Positions 26,454 through 35,170 of a stretch of 64,000 nucleotides of DNA are shown one piece after another. The notes under the pieces were generated by a model. That model did no database searches. It saw nothing but the letters and a program-made list of their open reading frames with translations, and was not told where the DNA came from. Positions within the stretch are counted from its first letter, which is position 1; each line of letters starts with the position of its first letter. The stretch is from Bacteroidota bacterium (GTDB taxonomy: Bacteria > Bacteroidota > Ignavibacteria > Palsa-1295). The DNA is taken from NCBI GenBank assembly GCA_021324685.1, contig JAJPIQ010000044.1, positions 17,066 to 81,065 of the forward strand, written 5' to 3'. The position numbers were made by a program, and so were the translations under genes.

Positions 26454-28108
26454 AGCTCCCGATCCTATTTTTACTCGATGACGACTCGCAGGTGCTACGG
26501 GCGATTTCGCGCGACATCCGTCAGCGCTATAAGCAGGACTACCGTGTGCTTTCGACGGAGGACCCCGCGGAAGCACTCGAAAGCCTGAAAGAGCTCCGTC
26601 GCACGGGCGAGGAAGTGGCGCTCTTCCTTTCGGACCAACGCATGCCGCGTATTACCGGAGTCGAATTCCTCGAGCGCTCGAAGGAATTTTTCCCCGAGGC
26701 GAAACGAGCGTTACTTACGGCGTATTCGGATATCGATACGGCGATCAAAGCGATCAACGAAGTCGAACTCGATTATTATCTGCTGAAACCCTGGGACCCG
26801 CCGGAAGAGAAATTGTTTCCTGTTATCGATGAGTTGCTTGAGGAGTGGCAGGCGAGTTACAAGCCGGAACTTCCCGGCATCCGCCTTATTGGGTACCAGT
26901 TCTCTCCAAAATCGCACGCCATTAAAGAATTTTTGGCCGGGCATCTTATTCCGTACCAGTGGCTCGATGTCGAGACCAACCCAAAGGCTAAAGAGATTCT
27001 GGAGTTGAATGGGCTTACCGTCGCTTCGCTTCCCGCCGTATTCCTTGAGGATGGATCGGTTGCGGTCGATCTCGAGATGCGGTCCCTTGCTGAGAAGCTT
27101 GGGCTGCGTCCGACGCCGAGTTCCAACATGTACGATGTTGTTATCATTGGCGCTGGGCCGGCCGGCCTTGCGGCAGCCGTTTATGCTGGTTCGGAAGGTC
27201 TCAAGACCCTGCTCATCGAAAAACATTCGCCGGGGGGACAGGCGGGGACGAGTTCCCGCATTGAAAATTACCTCGGGTTTCCCAAAGGCCTGAGCGGTTC
27301 GGAGCTTACCCGGCGTGCCGTTGCACAGGCCACGCGATTTGGAATCGAATTCCTCACACCGCAGGAAGTCCTGCGTCTTTCATCGGCGGACCAATATAAA
27401 ACGGTTCATCTTGCCGATGGCGCCGAAATTCATACCAGAAGTATCATTATTACCACCGGGGTATCCTATCGGACGCTGGAAACAAAAGGTATTGCCGGAC
27501 TGACCGGAGCAGGCGTTTATTACGGTGCTGCTAACGTTGAAGCAGCGCAATTCCGAGGAAAACAGGTCTTTGTAATCGGCGGTGGGAATTCTGCAGGCCA
27601 GGCCGCGCTGCACCTCTCCAAATTTGCGGCGAACGTATTTATTGTGATTCGAAAAAAGGACCTGACATCGACCATGTCATCGTACCTTATCGACCAGATC
27701 GCTCGAACGGAAAACGTGGCTCTGTTGGCCGAGTCCGAAGTGATCGAAGCTCAGGGCTCCGAGCATTTAGAAGCTCTCGTTCTTCAAACGGCCGGCGGTG
27801 AACGCTATACAAAGAGCGCAGATGCGCTGTTTATCATGATCGGTGCGCGCCCTTATACCGACTGGATCCAGTCGGGTATTATGAAAGACGATCGCGGATT
27901 TATTGTCACCGGCCGGGATCTGCGTACCTCTGAAAAATTCAATGGGGGCTGGAAATTGAAACGCGACCCCTATTTGCTGGAGACCTGCTGTCCGGGAATT
28001 TTTGCAGCGGGCGATGTCCGGGCCGGCGCTATGAACCGCGTTGCCAGTGCCGTGGGCGAGGGTGCCATGGCCGTCAGTTTCGTTCATCAATATCTTGCCG
28101 AAGTGTGA
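26450..28108 (+). CDS. Response regulator (REC) fused to a Cys-less glutaredoxin-like domain and a thioredoxin-reductase-like FAD/NAD(P)-binding domain lacking the CxxC redox centre
   Basis: ATGA overlap with the kinase. REC with Asp in 'LFLSDQRMP'. Grx-fold 'GYQFSPKSH...SLPAVFLEDG' (SPKS in place of CPYC). TrxR-like GxGxxG 'VVIIGAGPAGLAAAVYA', second Rossmann 'VFVIGGGNSAGQAA', 'GIFAAGDV'. The CATC position reads 'GAANVEAA'. Confidence 0.8.
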   Translation: MKLPILFLLDDDSQVLRAISRDIRQRYKQDYRVLSTEDPAEALESLKELRRTGEEVALFLSDQRMPRITGVEFLERSKEFFPEAKRALLTAYSDIDTAIKAINEVELDYYLLKPWDPPEEKLFPVIDELLEEWQASYKPELPGIRLIGYQFSPKSHAIKEFLAGHLIPYQWLDVETNPKAKEILELNGLTVASLPAVFLEDGSVAVDLEMRSLAEKLGLRPTPSSNMYDVVIIGAGPAGLAAAVYAGSEGLKTLLIEKHSPGGQAGTSSRIENYLGFPKGLSGSELTRRAVAQATRFGIEFLTPQEVLRLSSADQYKTVHLADGAEIHTRSIIITTGVSYRTLETKGIAGLTGAGVYYGAANVEAAQFRGKQVFVIGGGNSAGQAALHLSKFAANVFIVIRKKDLTSTMSSYLIDQIARTENVALLAESEVIEAQGSEHLEALVLQTAGGERYTKSADALFIMIGARPYTDWIQSGIMKDDRGFIVTGRDLRTSEKFNGGWKLKRDPYLLETCCPGIFAAGDVRAGAMNRVASAVGEGAMAVSFVHQYLAEV

Positions 28109-28620
28109 GTGAGGACCTCGTTCTCCTTGCCCGTATCCGAAAGCCCCATGGGATCAAAGGGGAACTTTCGCTGGAATCCTTCTCTTTCGACGACCGGCGT
28201 TTCCTTAAGCTTAAAAAAGTTCTCGTGCGACTTCCGGATGGCGCGGTTTCCGAGCATGCCATTCGGCATGTGCGCATTTCCGGTCAGGGTGTTTTGTTGA
28301 CGTTCGAAGGAATTGAAGATCGAACGTCCGCCGAGGCGTTCCGCGGTGCCGAATTGTTTATTGCAGAGTCCGAGCGGCCAAAACTTCCCAAGGGACGTTT
28401 TTATTACGATCAGATTATTGGCATGACCGTCATCGACGATGACACCGGTGTCGCGATCGGACGGGTAAAGAATGTGCTCGATATGCCGGCGGGGGATGTT
28501 TTTGTGCTCGACCTGGAAGGACGCGAGCATCTCATTTCGAACGCCGGAGAGGAAGTTCGAGCGATCGATGTCAGGAAAAAGGAGCTTCGTGTATTGCTTT
28601 TAAAGCCGTACGGCGAATAG
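28105..28620 (+). CDS. rimM: Ribosome maturation factor RimM
   Basis: GTG start overlapping the upstream stop. 'LARIRKPHGIKGEL' N-terminal PRC-barrel/RimM signature and size ~170 aa. Conserved rpsP-rimM neighbourhood, here interrupted. Confidence 0.85.
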   Translation: MSEDLVLLARIRKPHGIKGELSLESFSFDDRRFLKLKKVLVRLPDGAVSEHAIRHVRISGQGVLLTFEGIEDRTSAEAFRGAELFIAESERPKLPKGRFYYDQIIGMTVIDDDTGVAIGRVKNVLDMPAGDVFVLDLEGREHLISNAGEEVRAIDVRKKELRVLLLKPYGE

Positions 28621-28655
28621 CGCGAGGGGGCTTAGAGCTCTAACCGCGAATAGCG

Positions 28656-29024
28656 TCAGGCCGAGTGAGCTGCTCCGTTCGTCGCGGGTTCGGGCATGGC
28701 GCTTACATCCATCCGCTTTTTTCGAACGCCCGCAAGAATACCGATAGGAACAATAACGCAATACCCGAGCAGCAATAAAATGGGGCTCACGGTAAGCGCC
28801 ATATCGCTCATGGTCGGGCTGAAGTACATTACGAGATAGCCAACGACGATCACAACGATGCCAATTGCGAGAATGCGATAATTCTTTGCATCGAATGGCA
28901 TTTCGAAGGGACGCATCGCCTTCACACCTTCATTTTTCTTAGCTCTGGCCGGAATGGGCCGGCCAGGGGCCTGGCGGGGTGTCGGGCGGGATGAGCGGAC
29001 CGGAGTTGTAGTGGTTTTTGCCAT
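28656..29024 (-). CDS. Small membrane protein (2 TM; DUF3098-like), hypothetical
   Basis: 122 aa, basic Pro-rich N-terminus and two hydrophobic helices. Directly downstream of the ABC ATPase on the same strand. Confidence 0.5.
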   Translation of the reverse strand: MAKTTTTPVRSSRPTPRQAPGRPIPARAKKNEGVKAMRPFEMPFDAKNYRILAIGIVVIVVGYLVMYFSPTMSDMALTVSPILLLLGYCVIVPIGILAGVRKKRMDVSAMPEPATNGAAHSA

Positions 29025-29044
29025 AGAATGATCTGAGTCGAACG

Positions 29045-29776
29045 TTAACTTGCCTGGGATTCAACTTGTTCCACCGAAACGCTCCCGTCAAACGTGGCTG
29101 AGGACTCTCTAAAAATGCCGCTTTCCAGGTGCAGAACGCGATCGGCTTGCTTAGCAAGTTCGAGATTGTGCGTCGCGATCAGGAACGTCTGGTGATGCTT
29201 TCGAGAAAGCTCGAGCATGAGACGAAATAAAACATCGCTGTTGCGCGTATCGAGATTACCCGTCGGTTCATCGGCAAGGACCACGGCCGGTCGCATCATA
29301 AAGGCACGGGCTACGGCTACCCGTTGGGACTCGCCTCCGGAAAGCATCGAAGGCCGGTGCTCCAGTCGCTCGCCAAGTCCGGCATCCGTGAGCAGTTCGG
29401 CCGCACGGACGCGGGCTTCATCGAACGTTTGCCCCGCGATCATGGCCGGCATGGCTACATTTTCGAGTGCGGTGAATTCCGGCAGTAAGTGATGGAACTG
29501 AAAGATGAAGCCGATACGCTGGTTTCGAAAGGCACTCAGTTCTGTGTCCTGCATTGCCGCAACTTGTTTTCCCTCGATAATGACTTCGCCGCTCGTCGGC
29601 CGATCGAGGGTGCCAAGTAAATGCAGCAACGTGCTTTTACCCGAGCCGGAAGGGCCAATGAGGGTAGCGAGTTCGCCCTCTTCGAGTTCGAATGAAAGAT
29701 CACAAAACACTTCAACATCCACGCGGCCACGGACGGCAAAGCGTTTCGTTAAATTCTTCGCTTGTAAAATTGACAT
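29045..29776 (-). CDS. ABC transporter ATP-binding protein (LolD/MacB-type ATPase)
   Basis: Walker A 'GPSGSGKST', Q-loop, signature '[14 protein letters not shown]', Walker B '[12 protein letters not shown]', H-loop 'IATHN'. Confidence 0.9.
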   Translation of the reverse strand: MSILQAKNLTKRFAVRGRVDVEVFCDLSFELEEGELATLIGPSGSGKSTLLHLLGTLDRPTSGEVIIEGKQVAAMQDTELSAFRNQRIGFIFQFHHLLPEFTALENVAMPAMIAGQTFDEARVRAAELLTDAGLGERLEHRPSMLSGGESQRVAVARAFMMRPAVVLADEPTGNLDTRNSDVLFRLMLELSRKHHQTFLIATHNLELAKQADRVLHLESGIFRESSATFDGSVSVEQVESQAS

Positions 29777-29886
29777 GTCGAAGATCTAACAAGCGCTTTT
29801 GTAAATGGAATTCAATAAATAATGGGAGGACTGCCTTAATCCTGGCGTAACCGTTGCCTCGCATAACCGTATCTTAACAATACGGA

Positions 29887-31224
29887 ATGACGCTTCAGCC
29901 CCTTGCCATCAAACGGACCGCTCTGGGACTTTTTTCGGACATGTTCCGGTCGCTCCGGCACCGAAATTATCGACTGTTCTTTTTCGGACAGCTTATTTCG
30001 CTCATCGGGACCTGGCTTCAAAACACCGCGCTCGCGTGGCTGGTATATTCGCTTACGAAAGATGCCATGACGCTCGGGATCATGAGCTTTTTAGGCTCGA
30101 TCCCAATCCTTTTTCTATCGATCTATGCCGGAACCGTTGCCGACGAATACCCAAAGCGCGGCATACTGGTCATTACTCAATCTTCGGCCGGATTGCGTTC
30201 CTTACTTGTTGCTGTTGCGATCTGGACGGGACACGCTTCGATCGTTGTGCTTGGCATAGCCGCTCTTCTCCTTGGTTCGATCAATGCGTTCGACATGCCG
30301 ACGCGCCAGGCCTTTGTCGTTGAAATGGCAAGCAAGGAGGATGTGACGAACGCCGTTGCATTAAATTCTTCCGTGTTCAATGCAGCCCGGTTGCTGGGCC
30401 CCGCGCTCGCAGGAGTGATCATTACGGTCCTTTCTATCGCGATGTGCTTTTTCTTAGACGGCATTTCCTATATTGCCGTTATCATTGGACTACTCATGAT
30501 GCGCTTCGATCGGAAGCACGTTCACGCGCGCGTTCGTGAGACGTCGCGCATGGCAGCGATGAAAGAAGGAGTCACGTATCTTTACTCGATTCCGCAATTT
30601 CGCGCGCTGATGTTCCTTGTCATCGGAATGACGCTCTTCGGTTGGAGTTACACGGTAAATCTTCCCGTCGTTGCGGGCAATCTTCCAGGCGGCAATGCGA
30701 CCGAATATGGCGCACTGCTCGCCGCCAATGGTGCCGGGGCATTGCTTGCGGCGCTCAGCCAGGCGGCGATGGCCGGGAAGCTCGATTCCAGAAAAATGAT
30801 CTTTGTCGGCCTTGGTGTTTTTATCGTGGCACTCTTCGGACTCGCCATGGTGCACACTACACTCGCCTCTGTTATCCTCCTTGTCGGTATCGGATGGGGA
30901 ATTATCACATTTTTTATTACCGCTAATACGACGCTCCAACGGCGCGTACCGGACGAACTTCGCGGTCGCGTCATGAGCATTTATTCTTTTGCATTCGCAG
31001 GCCTTTATCCATTTGGCAGCCTTCTGGCTGGATGGCTTGCTTCACGATATGGCGTTCCGAATGCTTTTCGGATAAATGCCGTGATCCTTGCGGCCATTAC
31101 AATACCCGCATTTCTTTTCGTAAGGAAACTGCCCCGCCTTACAACGACTCCAGAGGTTTCGGTCGAAGAACTACTTGTCAGCGAACAGGAGATCTTCGAA
31201 GCGGAACAGATTTCGAGAAGTTAG
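29887..31224 (+). CDS. MFS transporter
   Basis: 12 predicted TM helices, MFS-style loops (e.g. 'DEYPKRG' after TM2), 445 aa. Confidence 0.85.
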   Translation: MTLQPLAIKRTALGLFSDMFRSLRHRNYRLFFFGQLISLIGTWLQNTALAWLVYSLTKDAMTLGIMSFLGSIPILFLSIYAGTVADEYPKRGILVITQSSAGLRSLLVAVAIWTGHASIVVLGIAALLLGSINAFDMPTRQAFVVEMASKEDVTNAVALNSSVFNAARLLGPALAGVIITVLSIAMCFFLDGISYIAVIIGLLMMRFDRKHVHARVRETSRMAAMKEGVTYLYSIPQFRALMFLVIGMTLFGWSYTVNLPVVAGNLPGGNATEYGALLAANGAGALLAALSQAAMAGKLDSRKMIFVGLGVFIVALFGLAMVHTTLASVILLVGIGWGIITFFITANTTLQRRVPDELRGRVMSIYSFAFAGLYPFGSLLAGWLASRYGVPNAFRINAVILAAITIPAFLFVRKLPRLTTTPEVSVEELLVSEQEIFEAEQISRS

Positions 31225-31294
31225 CCTTATAGGGGGACCAAGACTGCCCCTTTTCTAATAATCCGTTCTTCACTTTCTAAGGGAGGATCAAAAA

Positions 31295-31699
31295 ATGTTA
31301 GCGTTTGTCCTGCTCCGGGGAAAAGACTTTAGTTTACCCGACGGTGTCAGTACCGCAATCATTGGCCTGTTTTTCGGCCTAATCTGCGGCCTTTTTTACT
31401 ATCAGCATTATTATAAGCAGTGGTACTGGGCGATTTCGCTCCTTGGCGGCCTTGTGCTCACGAACATTTCCCACTCCATTTTTCTGCGCTATTTTAGCGG
31501 GGATGATACCAGTGCGATCGAGTTAACCATTGCCTCGTTCGTTATTCCATTCCTGCTCACGCTCGCATTGAACCATCTTCTATACCAGGTCAAGCAGCGC
31601 AAACGACGGAAACGTGTTCGCCGACGTGAGCACTCGCGTTTTTTCGATACGGTCGATCCCGGCGAGGCGCTGCACCGCTCGCGCGATGTCGCAGCTTAA
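31295..31699 (+). CDS. Hypothetical small membrane protein (3-4 TM) with basic C-terminal tail
   Basis: Hydrophobic helices followed by 'KQRKRRKRVRRREHSRFF'. No family recognised. Confidence 0.45.
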   Translation: MLAFVLLRGKDFSLPDGVSTAIIGLFFGLICGLFYYQHYYKQWYWAISLLGGLVLTNISHSIFLRYFSGDDTSAIELTIASFVIPFLLTLALNHLLYQVKQRKRRKRVRRREHSRFFDTVDPGEALHRSRDVAA

Positions 31700-31709
31700 G
31701 ATTTTTGTT

Positions 31710-32072
31710 ATGAAAATCTTCGTTCCGGCCGTCCTACCGGCCGCCCTTCTAGCCGTTGCGATCGGCTGCTCGAATGCTCCGATCATTCCGGAATATATGA
31801 TTATTCAGCCAGATACGCTCATACTGCGTGCTCCGACGGCCGACACGACCGTTTCCATCACTCATTCCTGTACCTGTCCATTCTCATGGAATTCGACAGT
31901 TAATCCACCTTCTCCATGGCTTACCTTCCAAAATTATCAGAGTGGAGATAGAATGAATATTCCGATTTCAATCGACCGTACAAAGCTTACGTCGGATACT
32001 TCCCGGGCCATCGTTTCCATTGCCTCGAACAGCTATGGCGATACGACCATCGTGATCGAGGCGATAAAATAA
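31710..32072 (+). CDS. Lipoprotein with BACON-like domain
   Basis: Start at MKIF (31710) avoids overlap with the upstream gene. Lipobox 'AVAIGCS'. 'VSITHSCTCPFSWNS...PWLTF...GDRMNIPISIDRTKL' matches the BACON pattern (C..W....WL....G....L.....R.A.V.I). Confidence 0.55.
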   Translation: MKIFVPAVLPAALLAVAIGCSNAPIIPEYMIIQPDTLILRAPTADTTVSITHSCTCPFSWNSTVNPPSPWLTFQNYQSGDRMNIPISIDRTKLTSDTSRAIVSIASNSYGDTTIVIEAIK

Positions 32073-32075
32073 CGC

Positions 32076-35000
32076 TTAAAAATTCTGCCGGACCATTGCG
32101 ACAAATCGGAAAGCAAGTTTCTGTTCGCCGGACACGGGTTTGTCGAGGTAAAGCGGGAAATCGAGTTGCAGTTCGGTCCGTTCGAGATCTACGTCCCAGG
32201 CGCCTTGCGGCCTTCCATTAATGCCGAAAAAGCGAAGTCCGACGCCAGCATCGCTTTTTAGTTCACTCCTCAGCGTACACGTACAAAAGGCGTCGGTTAC
32301 GAGGCCCGCATCGCCGAAGAGGGTGAGCCCAAACAGGTCGAATACATCGCCAATATAGGGAATATCGCGAAGGAACGAAAATGGGAAGAGCGAGCGGTTC
32401 CCAATCTCGAACGAGCCGCTGGCCGCAACTCTGCCATAGACATTATTTGCGCCATAATATCCACGAAGTAAAGGACCGCTCATGACCGCATTCCGAATTT
32501 TATCACGAACACCGGTACCGAAATTCGAGCCATAGAGATCGGAAAAATGATCGACATCGCTCGGGCTTGCCAGTTGAAAAAGCGATTGGTGTGGAAGCGG
32601 CCGGTCGATCGGCTGCATCGAACCTCCAAACATGCGAAGGAACACATTCCAATTGTAACTCAGGTCGAAGCGATCGTCCAGCATGCCAGCGAGTTTAGTA
32701 TAGGTCATTCTCGGGTCGCCCAAGCCACCTTCGCCAGCACCGGCAACGGTAAGGGCATTACCTCCGGCATCGTCATGGAAGGTATATCCAAAATATCCGC
32801 GGTCGAGGGGTGGTGCACTTCCGGAATGCGCGTTCCAGATATCGCCCGAAGCATCGAACCCTGCTTCGATGATATGCAGTGGGTCCTGCGTTCCAGGAAC
32901 GTTTATGACATGGGAATATCGGAAGCCATAGAATTCAATACTATCGGGATGTGCGAGCAGGAGGTCGATATCGCTCGAGGGAGAAAACGCATCGAAGGCG
33001 CTATGATATTGGATCGCGCCGCCCGCTAAAATTTTTCCTTCATGCGCAACGCCAATCCGCGGTCCAAGCGCGATGCGGTCCGTCCGGTCTAAATAACTTC
33101 CAAAGAAGGTCCACCCCAAAAGCCATCCATGAGAAAAATCGGCGGCGAGCGGAGCGATATACGGGGCGGAACGGACCGCATATTTATCGATCGGTTTGAC
33201 GTCCCCAAAGATTTTCGGGGCCAGACTTACTTCCATGGGTGGGATCCACCGGCTTGTATTATTCAGCCGATTCACATCGAGCAATTCACGGCTCGGATTG
33301 ATCTCAACTTTGCACGGAGGTTTTTGGAAGGTATAGGAATACGTACGCTCATCGGCTACGGTGCGAAGCCAATCGTCCACGGGGATCCATTTTTGTTCGG
33401 TGCTGCCGTCCTCGAACGTGAAGACAAGGTCCAGCGGCATCACAGCGCGTTCATTTCGCTTAATTCGGACGGTCGCCGTATTGCCGCGAACATCGAAATC
33501 GTCCACGGCATAATCGAGCTTCCAGGTCTGCTCGAACCACTCATTGAAAAACCAGCGGAGATCGCCGCGCGCGCGAACGCGGTTCGTATCGCCTTCTTCG
33601 CGCTCGATGTCCTCGGCGGCATTGAGCAGGTCGTCCGGATACGGATGCTTCGTACGCCAGCGCTCGTAATAAAGCTTCATAAAATCGGCGAACGCTTTTT
33701 CACCCATGGTGTAGCGAAGCATGAAAAACACGCTTGCCGTGTGCGGGTAGGTCGCTTCCGCATAATCGCGGTAGCTTAAGAAGAGATCGGCCTTTTGTTT
33801 GGCCGGTTCGGCATTGCCGGAAAGCTGTTGTAGAATGGACGCGCGGTAGTTCGCAGTTCGTTCGTCGTCATTAAAACCGAGTCCCGGACCGTAGGAATTA
33901 TTCCAGCGCCCGAAATATCGTTCCTGAACGAACGTCGTAATGAACGTATTGAAGCCTTCGTCCATATAGCCATAATCGGTCTCGTTCGAACCCATCATCA
34001 TCGGATACCACTCATGGCCAAGTTCATGCATCATGGTGTTCTGTGGCCAGTGGAATTCCGAGCCATTTTCGTAAGGCCCGACGTACACAATTCCTGGATA
34101 TTCCATCCCCCCCTCGTATGTTTCGCACATAAACATATTGGGGTAGATATACTTGCCGGCAAACGCCGAATTGGTCTGTTCGGTGAGTAAGACAATCCGA
34201 GCTGCTTCACGTCCCCAGAAGGCGCGAGAATTATTCCAATAGAGCGCTTGGTGCATGACGCCGCCATCATAGACCGCGTCCCAGATATAAGCTTCGTCCA
34301 TGCACCAGGCAAAATCGCGCACGGAATCGGCATGGAACTTCCAGGTCTTCATCGGTTCGTTTGACGAAATCGCCCGATACCGATACTCCGAACGGTCAGA
34401 TATATGAATGATGGAATCTGGATATTCTTTCGCCAGGGCCAGGTGTTCGCGAGCGTCTTGGGAAAGGACTTCGTCGGGATTCGTAAGCCAGCCAGTCGTG
34501 ACGACCGTCGAAAAGCGCTCGGGGACCGTCAGCGAAACATCGAAGGAACCATAATCGGTATAAAACTCGCCCATGCCGATATATTGATCGGGATGCCAGC
34601 CATGATTATCGTAGACGCAGACCTGCGGGTACCATTGTGCCGTCGAAAAATTGCGAGCGCTGTTGTCGTGCCATCCCCACGTGGACCGGATGCCGTAATT
34701 GGGAAGGATTCCGTGCCAATCGAACGATAATGTAATATGACTGCCAGGAGCAAGAGGATCTATGAATACACGCATTACGGTATTGTCAATTTCATATCGA
34801 GGGCTTATAATGAATCTGCTTCCAGCGTAGCTGAGACTCTTTATATTTATCCCCCCATGTCCATATTTATCCCCCGGATCGTGATTGCGCTCTGGTGCGG
34901 TCTCGCCGTAGCTACCGTTTGTAAAGAGGTTCCAATAGAGATGAAAATACAGCTCGTGCAGCGTGTCTGGCGAATTATTAGTGTATTCGAGCGAGCCGGT

Positions 35001-35156
35001 ACCGTCGATCGAGGGGGTTTGCGCATCGTCGTGAAATGTTGCCGCGAGCGTGTAGTGAACCTGCTGCTGAAAATAGGGAATACCGGTTGCTGCGGTTTGT
35101 GCAAACACAAACGAGGTGAACACGAATGAAAAAACAGCGACAAGAAAAGGCTTCAT
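32076..35156 (-). CDS. M1-family zinc metallopeptidase (aminopeptidase N-like) with ~400-aa C-terminal beta-barrel-like extension (Omp85/BamA-like terminal motif), secreted
   Basis: Start set at MKPFLVAVFSFVF (signal peptide), not the longer overlapping ORF. 'GGMEYPGIVYV' (GAMEN-like exopeptidase motif), 'HELGHEWY' HExxH, downstream 'DEGFNTF' Glu ligand. The C-terminus '...GVGLRFFG...LDFPLYLD...KLAFRFVAMVRQNF' ends in Phe with a BamA-like pattern. Confidence 0.75.
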   Translation of the reverse strand: MKPFLVAVFSFVFTSFVFAQTAATGIPYFQQQVHYTLAATFHDDAQTPSIDGTGSLEYTNNSPDTLHELYFHLYWNLFTNGSYGETAPERNHDPGDKYGHGGINIKSLSYAGSRFIISPRYEIDNTVMRVFIDPLAPGSHITLSFDWHGILPNYGIRSTWGWHDNSARNFSTAQWYPQVCVYDNHGWHPDQYIGMGEFYTDYGSFDVSLTVPERFSTVVTTGWLTNPDEVLSQDAREHLALAKEYPDSIIHISDRSEYRYRAISSNEPMKTWKFHADSVRDFAWCMDEAYIWDAVYDGGVMHQALYWNNSRAFWGREAARIVLLTEQTNSAFAGKYIYPNMFMCETYEGGMEYPGIVYVGPYENGSEFHWPQNTMMHELGHEWYPMMMGSNETDYGYMDEGFNTFITTFVQERYFGRWNNSYGPGLGFNDDERTANYRASILQQLSGNAEPAKQKADLFLSYRDYAEATYPHTASVFFMLRYTMGEKAFADFMKLYYERWRTKHPYPDDLLNAAEDIEREEGDTNRVRARGDLRWFFNEWFEQTWKLDYAVDDFDVRGNTATVRIKRNERAVMPLDLVFTFEDGSTEQKWIPVDDWLRTVADERTYSYTFQKPPCKVEINPSRELLDVNRLNNTSRWIPPMEVSLAPKIFGDVKPIDKYAVRSAPYIAPLAADFSHGWLLGWTFFGSYLDRTDRIALGPRIGVAHEGKILAGGAIQYHSAFDAFSPSSDIDLLLAHPDSIEFYGFRYSHVINVPGTQDPLHIIEAGFDASGDIWNAHSGSAPPLDRGYFGYTFHDDAGGNALTVAGAGEGGLGDPRMTYTKLAGMLDDRFDLSYNWNVFLRMFGGSMQPIDRPLPHQSLFQLASPSDVDHFSDLYGSNFGTGVRDKIRNAVMSGPLLRGYYGANNVYGRVAASGSFEIGNRSLFPFSFLRDIPYIGDVFDLFGLTLFGDAGLVTDAFCTCTLRSELKSDAGVGLRFFGINGRPQGAWDVDLERTELQLDFPLYLDKPVSGEQKLAFRFVAMVRQNF

Positions 35157-35170
35157 AACGTGACGAGGAA

